A DNA stretch of 59,452 nt, counting the filler. It is 4 parts of 4 records of this genome, joined end to end, with 100 filler letters (N's around TTAATTAATTAA, not from the genome) between each part and the next. Parts side by side here need not be neighbours in the genome. Positions count along the whole stretch, not along the records: positions 26,616 to 33,310 come from DRR723986_6856; positions 33,411 to 39,346 come from DRR723986_6857; positions 39,447 to 59,452 come from DRR723986_6859; 1 more part is not named here. One strand, written 5' to 3'. The notes beneath the pieces are model-generated. The model searched no databases. It was not told the origin of the DNA and was given only the letters and a program-made list of their open reading frames with translations. The position numbers and the translations under genes were made by a program. Of this stretch, positions 30,225 through 39,647 are shown piece by piece. How positions within the stretch are numbered: the first letter of the stretch is position 1; each line of letters begins with the position of its first letter.

Positions 30225-31759
30225 GCAAAATCCTCCGTTGTGGGATCAAGGATCAGCGGCGCAGCTGGCGTGGCCCGTAGATCATCCACCACCAGCGGTC
30301 CGGTGGGTTTCGACAACCGATTGCGCACCACCCAGATCAGACGTTCCTGCGCACGGGTGATCGCCACATAGGCCAGCCGTTTCCACAGGGGCTGTCCTGC
30401 CTCCATCCGGCCCATCCGCGCAGCGGCGTATAGATCGGGCGCAAAAACCTGCACCGTTTCCCACTGGCTGCCCTGCGCCTTGTGGATGGTCACCGCCGCC
30501 CCATGCAGGAAGGTTGCCCCCATACGGGCGGCAAAGGGGATAAACGGCTCTTCCTCGTCAGGTTTTTCAATCTTCACAATGGACGCGGCAGACACCTGCG
30601 GATCTTCGGCGCCCATCACATGCAGACGGCTGAACCCCGGCTTGCGCCCCTCACCGAGAAACACCACCTGCGCCCCTTTGATCAGCCCACGCGCCTCAAG
30701 ATCGAGCCGCTTTTTGCGATGTTTCAGTGGCAGTTCGATACCGTCACAGATCAAGGGTTCTCCGGCCAGTAGCGCATCTTCGGGTGCGCCATGCACCGAC
30801 CGAAAGGCATTGATCAGTCGAATGCGCGTGGCGTTGCGCCAAACCAGCACAGGCGAGCGTGCCATCAAATCCACCTCGACCCGCTGGCCCCACACCACGC
30901 GGTCATCCTTTTTCGAGGCCGCTTCGATCATCCGTTCAAAATCCTCGAACCCCAGATCGGGATCTGCCAAAGCATGAGCCAGATCAAGGATCGGATTGTC
31001 GGCATCCTGTCGGTGAATGCGGTTGAGGGTCAGAACCCGTTTCTCCGGGAGTTTTTCAAACACCATGGTGCCGGATTGGTTGACGGGCGCAAGCTGGGCC
31101 GGATCACCAAAAAGCAGCAGCGTGGGAAAAATCTCTTTGAGGTCTTCGAATTGTTTGTCATCCAGCATCGAGGATTCATCGACAAAGCCAATGTCCAACG
31201 GCTCTTCCCGGCGTTTCCATCCGGTGATGAAATCCGATCCGCGCAACCCCGCTGCGGCCAATGCACCGGGAATGGATTTGTTCGTGGCATAAAAGGCCGC
31301 CGCACGGTCCAGCGCCAATTCCGTCAGGCCTTCAATTTCGGGGCGCTCGCCGCTGCCCGCCAGCCATTCGGCGATTTTTTCGTATTCGGGGTCATAGACA
31401 GGGGTATAGAGAATGCGGTGAATGGTGGTGGCTGGCACCCCGCGCAGCCGCAGCACCGATGCGGCCTTGTTGGTCGGCGCAAGGATCGCCAAAGTGCGTT
31501 TGTCCTTGCGCCTGCGCGACTCGTAATCGCCCGATACGACCTCAACGCCGGCTTGCTCCAACGCCTTGTAAAGCTCTGCCAGCAATAGGGTTTTTCCCGA
31601 TCCGGCCTTGCCGGTCACCGCCATCACCTGATCAGCGCCACCAGAGGGGGGCATCAACAGGCTGTCGTCCAGATCAATCCCCGCATGTCGCAGCATTTCG
31701 GTAACGCTGTCAAAAGCGGCGGCTTGGTCGTCGGAGTAGGTCACAGCGGGCAATGTCAT
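30221..31759 (-). CDS. RecD-like SF1 ATP-dependent helicase
   Basis: GKAGSGKT, APTNKAA, TIHR, DESSM, GDPAQL, TIHKAQGSQW, YVAITRA. Confidence 0.9.
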   Translation of the reverse strand: MTLPAVTYSDDQAAAFDSVTEMLRHAGIDLDDSLLMPPSGGADQVMAVTGKAGSGKTLLLAELYKALEQAGVEVVSGDYESRRRKDKRTLAILAPTNKAASVLRLRGVPATTIHRILYTPVYDPEYEKIAEWLAGSGERPEIEGLTELALDRAAAFYATNKSIPGALAAAGLRGSDFITGWKRREEPLDIGFVDESSMLDDKQFEDLKEIFPTLLLFGDPAQLAPVNQSGTMVFEKLPEKRVLTLNRIHRQDADNPILDLAHALADPDLGFEDFERMIEAASKKDDRVVWGQRVEVDLMARSPVLVWRNATRIRLINAFRSVHGAPEDALLAGEPLICDGIELPLKHRKKRLDLEARGLIKGAQVVFLGEGRKPGFSRLHVMGAEDPQVSAASIVKIEKPDEEEPFIPFAARMGATFLHGAAVTIHKAQGSQWETVQVFAPDLYAAARMGRMEAGQPLWKRLAYVAITRAQERLIWVVRNRLSKPTGPLVVDDLRATPAAPLILDPTTEDFA

Positions 31760-31816
31760 GCCGCGACACTAGAACCTTTCAGATCGAACTTGAATCGGTT
31801 TCTCGCCCCAGATCGG

Positions 31817-32536
31817 TCAGGCGACAATCAATCCCCGGCTCAGTGCACACGCCACCGCATGAGTGGTGTTCTGCGCGTTCAATTTGCTGCGCGCACTTTC
31901 GATATAGACCCGCAGCGTGTGCTCGGAGATATCCAGCTTTCTGGCGGCCTCAGCCCGGCTCAGCCCCCTCGCCAGCAGGGTCATCGCATCCAATTCTCGC
32001 GGCGACAGCGCTTTTGCGGGTTGTTCATCTTTATTCGCCACAACCTCCAGCGCCTTCTGGTTAAAATAGTGCGACAACAGGATAAAACTGTTCTGGTGCT
32101 TGCGGGTGAAAGTGGCCCATTCCGCATTCTCGCAAGAGTGATTGACCGAAAACAATGCGAACTGCCCCTTTGGCCCGCGCACAGGCACCGAATACCCTTG
32201 CGTACCGACCCCGTGCATCGCCGCCTCAACACGGAATTTCTGGGCTGCCTTCGAGCTCCAATCCAGATCGTTCCAGTTAAACGGTTCAAATCGGGAATTG
32301 CCGCCGATCAGCACCGGATCAATGCGCATATATTGTTCCTGCGCATAGCGGGCCTTCCATTCCATCGAATAGGTGGCATAGCCATAAAGCCCGTCACCGG
32401 GTCCAAAACAATAGTAGGAAACATGATCAATCTGCAGCATGTCGCGCAATTCGATACAGGCGTCTTTGAGATCTTCAATCGTGTCAGCGCGGGCCAGTGC
32501 CCTGAGGACGGGGTTCAATTTTTTTGTCGTTATCAT
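31817..32536 (-). CDS. LuxR-family regulator with autoinducer-binding domain (no adjacent luxI)
   Basis: W..RY....Y..IDPV...W...G pattern of AHL-binding domains; C-terminal LSPRE...G...LDISEHT HTH. Confidence 0.9.
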   Translation of the reverse strand: MITTKKLNPVLRALARADTIEDLKDACIELRDMLQIDHVSYYCFGPGDGLYGYATYSMEWKARYAQEQYMRIDPVLIGGNSRFEPFNWNDLDWSSKAAQKFRVEAAMHGVGTQGYSVPVRGPKGQFALFSVNHSCENAEWATFTRKHQNSFILLSHYFNQKALEVVANKDEQPAKALSPRELDAMTLLARGLSRAEAARKLDISEHTLRVYIESARSKLNAQNTTHAVACALSRGLIVA

Positions 32537-32690
32537 GACCTAAATTAGGGCGTCTTTCTTGCAATGCTGATATCTCGGCCATGGCGACCACTGCGCTGTC
32601 ATCCAGCTTGGCCGCCAGTTTTGGCATGCCGCTGGAAATCGCAAAGGTCTTGAGATCGGCCAAGACATCCAAAATCCAATCTGTCTGCAT
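32484..32690 (-). CDS. Small hypothetical protein upstream of luxR
   Basis: 68 aa, MQTDWILDVLADLKTFA...; GAGGGG RBS; resembles from recall a small Rhodobacteraceae family. Confidence 0.6.
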   Translation of the reverse strand: MQTDWILDVLADLKTFAISSGMPKLAAKLDDSAVVAMAEISALQERRPNLGHDNDKKIEPRPQGTGPR

Positions 32691-32823
32691 CTTACACGTC
32701 CCCTCAAATATGAACAGCGGATTTACACAGCTCAGGGTTGCATCACGTCAAGCTTACGCAGCGTCAACTTGTTATCTCACCATGATGTGACCGCTTAAAC
32801 CCCAAAGCATTGATCCTGAATAC

Positions 32824-32868
32824 AAAAATGGCCTGCGAATCGTCGTCCGATCCACAGGCCATTCTTTT
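32824..32868 (-). terminator. Probable terminator downstream of ccr
   Basis: AAAAATGGCCTG...CAGGCCATTCTTTT inverted repeat with T/A tails. Confidence 0.55.
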
Positions 32869-32889
32869 CAATTTATCGCTAACCGGAGG

Positions 32890-33310
32890 TTAACGTGCGT
32901 CGAGCGCGTCTTCCAATGTGCGCAGGCCGGTTGTCGGCGCCTGCACCAGCACGGACATATTGCCCGGCTTATGTTCGTTGCGCATCATCTTCATGTGCGC
33001 CTCGGGCAGATCAGCCCATGTGAACACTTCGGACATGCACGGATCAAGGCGACGCTCCAGCATCAGGTTGTTGGCCGCCGAAGCCTGCTTGAGATGGGCA
33101 AAGTGGCTGCCCTGCAAACGCTTCTGATGCATCCACATGTAGCGCACGTCAAACGTCAGGTTGAAACCGGAGGTGCCCGCACAGATGACAACCATGCCGC
33201 CCTTTTTCACCACGAAAGTGGAAACAGGGAAAGTTGCCTCGCCGGGGTGTTCAAACACCATATCGACATTCACGCCTTTACCGGTGATGTCCCAGATCGC
33301 CTTGCCGAAC
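32890..33310 (-). CDS. ccr: Crotonyl-CoA carboxylase/reductase, 3' part (truncated by contig end)
   Basis: VFEHPGEATFPVS, GGMVVICAGTSG, DVRYMWMHQKRLQGSHFA, HKPGNM. Confidence 0.92.
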
Positions 33311-33410
33311 NNNNNNNNNNNNNNNNNNNNNNNNNNNNNNNNNNNNNNNNNNNNTTAATTAATTAANNNNNNNNNNNNNNNNNNNNNNNNNNNNNNNNNN
33401 NNNNNNNNNN
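33311..33410. other. Artificial contig linker 2
   Basis: N44-TTAATTAATTAA-N44. Confidence 0.98.
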
Positions 33411-33525
33411 GCAATAAAGGCATTGCGCGCTGCTGCCGGGTGCGGACCCCAAGGGCCGTTTGCGTGCACCCCGGTATCCGTGACTGTTAACACAAGGCGG
33501 CGCGCCGCCTATCATGGGTGCTATC

Positions 33526-34896
33526 ATGCTGCAAAACGATCATCTGGCCCAATGGGACCGGGAAAACTTTTTTCACCCCTCGACACATCTGGCAGAATTC
33601 GCCCGTGGCGATCTGCCCCATCGCGTGATCACCGGCGGCGAGGGCTGCCATATCACCGACCGCGAAGGCAAGCGCTGGCTGGATGCCTTTGCCGGGCTTT
33701 ATTGCGTGAACGTGGGCTATGGCCGCCAGGAAATTGCCGAAGCCATTGCCGCCCAGGCGCGCGAGCTGGCTTATTATCATGCCTATGTCGGGCATGGCAC
33801 CGAGGCCTCGATCACGCTGGCAAAAATGATCCTCGATCGCGCGCCTGCGCATATGTCGAAGGTGTATTTTGGCCTGTCTGGCTCTGATGCCAATGAAACC
33901 AACATCAAGCTGGTTTGGTATTACAACAACGTGCTGGGGCGGCCTGAGAAAAAGAAAATCATCTCGCGCTGGCGGGGCTATCACGGGTCGGGGCTGATGA
34001 CGGGCTCGTTGACGGGGCTTGATCTGTTTCACAAGAAATTCGATCTGCCCCTGGCCCAGGTGCTGCATACCGAGGCTCCTTATTACTATCGTCGTGCCGA
34101 TCTGGGCCAAAGCGAGGCCCAATTCGTGGCCCATTGCGTGGCCGAGCTTGAGGCGCTGATCGCGCGCGAAGGGGCCGATACGATTGCCGCCTTTATTGGC
34201 GAGCCGGCGCTGGGCACAGGCGGTTTGGTGCCACCGCCCGCAGGCTATTGGCCCGCCATCCAACAGGTGTTGGAGCGCCATGATATTTTGCTGATCGCCG
34301 ACGAGGTTGTCACCGGCTTTGGCCGTTTGGGCAGTATGTTTGGCTCAGATCATTACGGCATGACGCCCGATATCATCACCATCGCCAAGGGCTTAACATC
34401 GGCCTATGCGCCGCTGTCTGGCTCGATTGTCAGCGAAAAGATGTGGGCGGTGCTGGAACAGGGCACCGATGCCTATGGCCCCATCGGCCATGGCTGGACC
34501 TATTCTGCCCACCCCATCGGGGCGGCGGCGGGCGTGGCCAATTTGCAGCTGCTTGATCGGCTGAATTTGGTGGAAAACGCCAAAACCGTGGGCGCCTATT
34601 TCAAATCTGCCCTGATCGATGCCGTGGGCCATCACCCCCATGTGGGCGAGGTGCGCGGCGAGGGGCTGCTTTGCGCGGTGGAATTTGTGCAAGACCGCGA
34701 CAGCCGGCAGTTTTTCGCAGCAGAGGAAAAAATTGGCTACACGCTGAACAGCGCCCTGGCTGACCGTGGTGTGATCAGCCGTGCCATGCCGCAGGGCGAT
34801 ATATTGGGCTTTGCCCCGCCATTGTGCCTAAGCCATGCCGAGGCCGATGAAATCGCAGGTAAGCTGGCCCAGGCCGTGGCCGAGGTGCTGGGATAA
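33526..34896 (+). CDS. Class III PLP aminotransferase, DoeD/Atf-like (diaminobutyrate transaminase-like)
   Basis: [70 protein letters not shown]. Confidence 0.85.
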   Translation: MLQNDHLAQWDRENFFHPSTHLAEFARGDLPHRVITGGEGCHITDREGKRWLDAFAGLYCVNVGYGRQEIAEAIAAQARELAYYHAYVGHGTEASITLAKMILDRAPAHMSKVYFGLSGSDANETNIKLVWYYNNVLGRPEKKKIISRWRGYHGSGLMTGSLTGLDLFHKKFDLPLAQVLHTEAPYYYRRADLGQSEAQFVAHCVAELEALIAREGADTIAAFIGEPALGTGGLVPPPAGYWPAIQQVLERHDILLIADEVVTGFGRLGSMFGSDHYGMTPDIITIAKGLTSAYAPLSGSIVSEKMWAVLEQGTDAYGPIGHGWTYSAHPIGAAAGVANLQLLDRLNLVENAKTVGAYFKSALIDAVGHHPHVGEVRGEGLLCAVEFVQDRDSRQFFAAEEKIGYTLNSALADRGVISRAMPQGDILGFAPPLCLSHAEADEIAGKLAQAVAEVLG

Positions 34897-34949
34897 GCGC
34901 GCCCCGTGGGCTAGGGCGGGGCGGGCCTGATCTGGCCCGCCCTGGCCGC

Positions 34950-35927
34950 TTAATATAAACCGGCCGTTTTGGCGCGCAATTGCACCAGCGCCAGCACCGT
35001 GTCGATCGTGGGGGTGGGGGTTTGGGTCAGCTTGCCCAGCTCTTGCACCGCGCTGACCAGCGCATCTATTTCCATCGGCCGCCCGGCATCCAGATCTTGC
35101 CACATCGAGGTGCGATGCGCGCCAACAGCGGCCCCGCCATCGATACGCCGATCGACATCGATGGGAAATTTCACGCCCAGCTTTTCGGCAATCTCTTGGG
35201 CCTCAACCATCATGCCGCGCGCCACAGAACGGGTGCCGGGATCGGTGCAGAGCACATCCAGCGTGGCGTGGGTGAGCGCTGAAATCGGGTTGAACGACAG
35301 GTTGCCCCATAGCTTCACCCAAATTTCATCGCGGATACGCGGGCGCACGGGGGCTTTCAGCCCTGCCGCGGCCAGGGCTTGGCTGAGGGCTGTGGCGCGT
35401 TCGGATTTGCTGCCATCAGGCTCGCCCAGCGAAAAGCGATTGCCCTCGATATGTTTGATCACCCCGGGGCGGATCACCTCGGCGGCGGGATAGACCACGC
35501 AGCCCAGCACGCGATCTGGGCCAAAGCCATTCCATTGCGCATCGCCCGGATCAACCGAGGCCAGGCGCGTGCCCTCATATGGCCCCTCTAGCCCGTGGAA
35601 ATACCACCACGGCACGCCGTTCACACCGCTGACGATGGTGGTGTTTGGCCCGATCAAGGGCTGCATTTTCGCCACCACTGGCGGCACCGAATGGGCCTTT
35701 AGGGTGACGATCACATAATCCTGGGGGCCCAATTCCGCCGGGTCATCCGAGGCGCGCACCGCCACATTGGTTTCCTGGCCATCTTCTTCGATCAATGTCA
35801 GGCCATTGTCGCGCATGGCGGCCAAATGCGGGCCGCGCGCCACCAGGCTAACATCGGCACCCGCCTGCACCAGTTTGACCGCCATATAGCCGCCAATCGC
35901 ACCGGCACCAAAAATACAGATCTTCAT
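34950..35927 (-). CDS. PanE/ApbA-family reductase; candidate oxalyl-CoA reductase (PanE2-like)
   Basis: GAGAIGG, NGVPWWYF, KLWGNLSFNP, TSMWQD...EID; 10 nt downstream of the CoA ligase. Confidence 0.8.
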   Translation of the reverse strand: MKICIFGAGAIGGYMAVKLVQAGADVSLVARGPHLAAMRDNGLTLIEEDGQETNVAVRASDDPAELGPQDYVIVTLKAHSVPPVVAKMQPLIGPNTTIVSGVNGVPWWYFHGLEGPYEGTRLASVDPGDAQWNGFGPDRVLGCVVYPAAEVIRPGVIKHIEGNRFSLGEPDGSKSERATALSQALAAAGLKAPVRPRIRDEIWVKLWGNLSFNPISALTHATLDVLCTDPGTRSVARGMMVEAQEIAEKLGVKFPIDVDRRIDGGAAVGAHRTSMWQDLDAGRPMEIDALVSAVQELGKLTQTPTPTIDTVLALVQLRAKTAGLY

Positions 35928-35937
35928 TCCAGCCCCC

Positions 35938-37470
35938 TTAGCCCGTCAGGCCCAGTTTTTCGGCCATGCCGATACGCTGGATTTTGCCTGTAGCGCCTTT
36001 GGGGATTTCATCCAAAATTACCACGCTGCGGGGCACTTTGAAATCAGCCACGCTTTGGGCGGTAAATTCGCGGATGGCGCGTTCGTCTAGGGTCGAGCCC
36101 TCTTTCAGCACGACGGCTGCGGCAATCTCTTCGCCCAATTTGGGGTGGGGCACGGCAAAACACACCACTTGGGCAATGTCAGGATGCGCCAGCATCACGG
36201 CATCCACCTCGAGCGGGCTGATTTTTTCGCCACCACGGTTGATGATTTCTTTCAGCCGGCCTGTCAGGCGCAAATAGCCTTCATCATCGAATGCGCCCTG
36301 GTCGCCCGTGCGAAACCAGCGTTTGCCTTCGGCCATGAAAAACGCGCTTTCATTGGCTTTGGGGTTGCCCTCATAGCCCGGGGTGACGTTGGGGCCTGAA
36401 ATCACCACTTCGCCCGTGGCACCATCGCCCAGCAGCGTATCGGCGGTTTCATCGGCGATGCGCACCTCAGGGCCTGCGGCCACACCCACCGAGCCGGGCT
36501 TTTGCGCGCGCGGCGGCAGGGGGTTGCAGCACATCTGGTGGGTGGCCTCGGTCATGCCATAGGCCTCGATCACGGGGGCGGAAAAGGTTTCCACCAAGGC
36601 GGTCATCACGGGCGCGGGCAGCGAGGCCGAAGACGAGCGCAAAAAGCGCAAGGGCGCGTTGGCAATGATGTCTTTGTTGCGCTCGGCGCGGGCCAAAATG
36701 GCCTGATGCATGGTGGGCACAGCCGTGTACCAGCTGGGGCGCACCTCGTCGAGCTGGGCAAAAAAGCGCAAGGCGTTAAAGCCCGGCGCGCATGAGATTT
36801 GCGCGCCTGCCGCCAGCGAGGCCGAAACCGCCGCAATCAGCCCGTGGATGTGAAACAGTGGCATCACATTCAAACAGCGGTCTTCGGGGCCGAGCGCCAG
36901 CGATGCGGTGATATTGCGCGCCGATGCGCATAGGTTTGATTGCAAAAGCGGCACGATTTTGGGCCGCGATGTGGTGCCCGAGGTGTGCAAGATCAGCGCA
37001 ACATCATCGGGGGCGGGGGCTGTGGTATCGGCCTGGCCCACAGGCGCGTCGGCACTTAGGGTGAAATAGCCCGCGGGCGCATCATCCGGGGCCGACAGGC
37101 GCAAGATCGCCACCCCAAACTGGGCCGCGGCCGCCAAGGCGGGGCCATCGTAGCCCGCCTCGACAATCAGTGCCTTGGCGCGCAGGTCTTCCAGGTAAAA
37201 GGCGTATTCTTCTTCGCGATAGGCCGGGTTAAGGGGGGCGGTGGTGGCCACCTGCGCCACCGTGAAAAACGCCGTGGCCATTTCCGGGCCATTGGGCAGC
37301 ACGATGGCCACCCGATCACCACGGCCAATGCCCAAGGCATGCAGGCTGGCGGTGATCTCGGCGCTCAGCGCGCGCAAGGCGCCATAGCTAAGCCAGGCGC
37401 GCCCAGGCGCCCCGATGGCGGGGGCCTCGGCCGGGTGGGGGGCGATAAGGGCAGAAATTGTATCGGTCAT
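35938..37470 (-). CDS. Acyl-CoA synthetase; candidate oxalate--CoA ligase (AAE3/Pcs60/Oxs-like)
   Basis: APLNPAY, LHTSGTTSRPK, MPLFHIHGL, WYTAVPTMHQ, RSSSASL, EAYGMTEATHQM, FRTGDQG, INRGGEKISP, PKGATGKIQR. Confidence 0.85.
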   Translation of the reverse strand: MTDTISALIAPHPAEAPAIGAPGRAWLSYGALRALSAEITASLHALGIGRGDRVAIVLPNGPEMATAFFTVAQVATTAPLNPAYREEEYAFYLEDLRAKALIVEAGYDGPALAAAAQFGVAILRLSAPDDAPAGYFTLSADAPVGQADTTAPAPDDVALILHTSGTTSRPKIVPLLQSNLCASARNITASLALGPEDRCLNVMPLFHIHGLIAAVSASLAAGAQISCAPGFNALRFFAQLDEVRPSWYTAVPTMHQAILARAERNKDIIANAPLRFLRSSSASLPAPVMTALVETFSAPVIEAYGMTEATHQMCCNPLPPRAQKPGSVGVAAGPEVRIADETADTLLGDGATGEVVISGPNVTPGYEGNPKANESAFFMAEGKRWFRTGDQGAFDDEGYLRLTGRLKEIINRGGEKISPLEVDAVMLAHPDIAQVVCFAVPHPKLGEEIAAAVVLKEGSTLDERAIREFTAQSVADFKVPRSVVILDEIPKGATGKIQRIGMAEKLGLTG

Positions 37471-37508
37471 GGTGTCATGCTCCGTTTGAATTGGGCGGAA
37501 AGGGCGGG

Positions 37509-39095
37509 CTACAGGGCGTAGGCCATACCGTCCGAACGTGGGTCTGTTGCGGCCTCGAAATGGCCATCGGGATGGGCCAAAACGGCGCCTGCGTGGCCCA
37601 TAAGGCTGGAAAAGGCGGGGGTTAATTCCACCTGATGGCCCGCCGCGCGCAAGGCGCTGATCAGCGCTGCATCGGCGTTTTCCTCGATTTTCAGGCTGGT
37701 TGTGTCATCGCCCCAGGTTTTGCCAAGCAGCCAGCGCGGGGCGGTGATGGCCTGTTGCAGCGGCGTGCCAAACTGGGCGTAGCGGCTAAAGACGGCGGCC
37801 TGGGTCTGGGGCTGGCCTTCGCCGCCCATGGTGCCGTAAGATAAAACGCGCCCATCGTTCAACACGGCCATTGCCGGGTTGAGCGTATGAAAGGGGCGCC
37901 GCCCCGGGGCCAGCTGGTTGGGGCCGGGCGCCATGGAAAAGCCCGCCCCGCGGTTTTGAAACACCACGCCGGTGTCGGGGCAGGTCAAGCCGCTGCCAAA
38001 TTCCCAAAAGACGCTTTGAATGAACGATACGACCGTGCCGTCTTTGTCGGCGGCCCCCATCCAGATGGTATCGCCCGCCTTGGCCTGATGCGGCCAGGGC
38101 AAAGCCCGCGCCATATCGACATTGGCCGCCATCTGATCCAGCGTGGCATCATCCAGCCAGTCTTGGGCGGGTTTGCGCATATTGGCAGGATCGCCCAATT
38201 CGGCATTGCGCAGGATAAAGGCCTGTTTGGTGGCCTCGATCAGGCCATGGATATGGGCAAACCCCTCGGGCGTGTCGATATTCAGGCGGTCAAACACCCC
38301 CAAAATGGCCAAAGACGACATGCCCTGCGTGGGCGGGCCCATGTTGTAAAGCGTGCCCAGCGATGTGGCGATTTCCAGCGGCTTTTGCACTTGGGCCTGA
38401 TAGGCGTGGAAATCGCCCAGCCGCAGCGGGCTGCCCATTTCTTGCAAATACGTGGCATGGGTGGCGGCGATGTCGCCGCGGTAGTAGCCATCGATGCCAT
38501 TCTCTGCGATGGCGCCCAAGGTCTGGCCCAGGGCGGTTTGCTGCAATTTGCTGCCCGTTGCGGGGGCCTGACCATTGGCCAGATAGATGGGGGCAAAGCC
38601 CGGCACATCGCGCAGCCCATCGATTTTTTCGGCGGTGGTGTCGCTTTGGTTGCGGGTGACGGCAATGCCGGTTTTGGCCAGATGGATTGCCGGCGCCAAC
38701 AGATCGGCCAGTGCCATGCCTGTGCCGCCGGGGCGCTGGGCCAGGGCAGCACCCCAGCCGCCCACGGTGCCCGGCACCGTCAGCGCCGCCAGGGCCCCGC
38801 GCGCGGGTATGGCGCTGGCATGGCCTTGGGCTGCATACCACGCTGGTGTGGCCAGGCCTGCCGCTTGCCCGCAGGCAGAAATGGCAACGGGCGCCTGGCC
38901 TTTGTGGCGGATCAGCCAAAACCCATCGCCGCCGATACTGTTCATATGCGGGTATACCACGGCAATGGCCGCGGCTGCGGCCACCATGGCCTCGATCGCG
39001 CTGCCGCCTGCCTCTAGCACATCGGCGCCCACTTTGGTTGCAATGCGGTGCGGTGCGGTGAAAGCACCGTTCAAGCCCAAGGCCGTTCCTATCAT
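37509..39095 (-). CDS. Gamma-glutamyltransferase-family Ntn hydrolase; HpxW-like oxamate amidohydrolase
   Basis: GGSAIEAMVAAAAAIAVVYPHMN, GGDGFW, GDTIWMG (autocleavage Thr), FHTLNP, GGEGQPQTQ, PRWLLGKTWG, ATDPRSDG; closely follows the recalled Klebsiella HpxW pattern. Confidence 0.8.
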   Translation of the reverse strand: MIGTALGLNGAFTAPHRIATKVGADVLEAGGSAIEAMVAAAAAIAVVYPHMNSIGGDGFWLIRHKGQAPVAISACGQAAGLATPAWYAAQGHASAIPARGALAALTVPGTVGGWGAALAQRPGGTGMALADLLAPAIHLAKTGIAVTRNQSDTTAEKIDGLRDVPGFAPIYLANGQAPATGSKLQQTALGQTLGAIAENGIDGYYRGDIAATHATYLQEMGSPLRLGDFHAYQAQVQKPLEIATSLGTLYNMGPPTQGMSSLAILGVFDRLNIDTPEGFAHIHGLIEATKQAFILRNAELGDPANMRKPAQDWLDDATLDQMAANVDMARALPWPHQAKAGDTIWMGAADKDGTVVSFIQSVFWEFGSGLTCPDTGVVFQNRGAGFSMAPGPNQLAPGRRPFHTLNPAMAVLNDGRVLSYGTMGGEGQPQTQAAVFSRYAQFGTPLQQAITAPRWLLGKTWGDDTTSLKIEENADAALISALRAAGHQVELTPAFSSLMGHAGAVLAHPDGHFEAATDPRSDGMAYAL

Positions 39096-39317
39096 GTTGC
39101 CCCCCGTTCGCGGCCCACCCGCCCAATGCTGGTGGCCGCCCCATTTGTTATGGCGCGAATAATGACGCAGACGCGGGCAGTTTCAAGGGGGCAGGGGGCG
39201 ATGCAGGGCGCAAAGGGGGCAAGGCCCGGGCGTATAAACCCATGCGTGCGTTGATGGCCGCAATACACCTGCGGAGTTGGGTGGCATCTGCTCAGCAGCG
39301 ATCGAGGGGGGGGTGGT

Positions 39318-39346
39318 TGGAGCGGGTGAAGGGAATCGAACCCTCG
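39318..39346 (-). tRNA. tRNA-Gly, 3' fragment at contig end
   Basis: Reverse complement CGAGGGTTCGATTCCCTTCACCCGCTCCA = T arm, acceptor stem, U discriminator and CCA. Confidence 0.85.
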
Positions 39347-39446
39347 NNNNNNNNNNNNNNNNNNNNNNNNNNNNNNNNNNNNNNNNNNNNTTAATTAATT
39401 AANNNNNNNNNNNNNNNNNNNNNNNNNNNNNNNNNNNNNNNNNNNN
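39347..39446. other. Artificial contig linker 3
   Basis: N44-TTAATTAATTAA-N44. Confidence 0.98.
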
Positions 39447-39631
39447 TCGGGCAACGGCGATCCTTCAAGTTCAGCTCTTAAATCACCAGTTCAGTGCGGC
39501 ACAAGTAACACATGCCGAGTAGGCTACAGACAGCAGCGGCATACCTTCAAGTTGGGGTCAGAAATCTGTATTTAGAGTAAACCCTCATCCGAAACGCCCC
39601 ACTGTGCGTATAAACTTCGAACATCTCAACA

Positions 39632-39645
39632 TTGCACCGCAGCAA
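39632..39645. promoter_or_regulatory. Putative PhaR/PhbF operator
   Basis: TTGCACCGCAGCAA; reverse complement TTGCTGCGGTGCAA fits TGnTGCnnnGCAA; sits 2 nt before the start of the PhaC-like gene. Confidence 0.55.
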
Positions 39646-39647
39646 CC

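Noticed and set aside
30221-31759. RecD-like helicase (or SfsA nuclease at 17182) as an anti-phage defence system
   Set aside because: Both sit in ordinary housekeeping neighbourhoods with no partner defence or mobile genes. No transposase or integrase was found in the window.
32890-39095. Linking ccr (ethylmalonyl-CoA pathway) to the oxamate/glyoxylate operon as one cluster
   Set aside because: They are on different contigs separated by an artificial linker and may come from different organisms.
39096-39180. Known purine/xanthine riboswitch upstream of the HpxW-like gene
   Set aside because: Only a single hairpin is visible; I could not match the consensus of any riboswitch I know.
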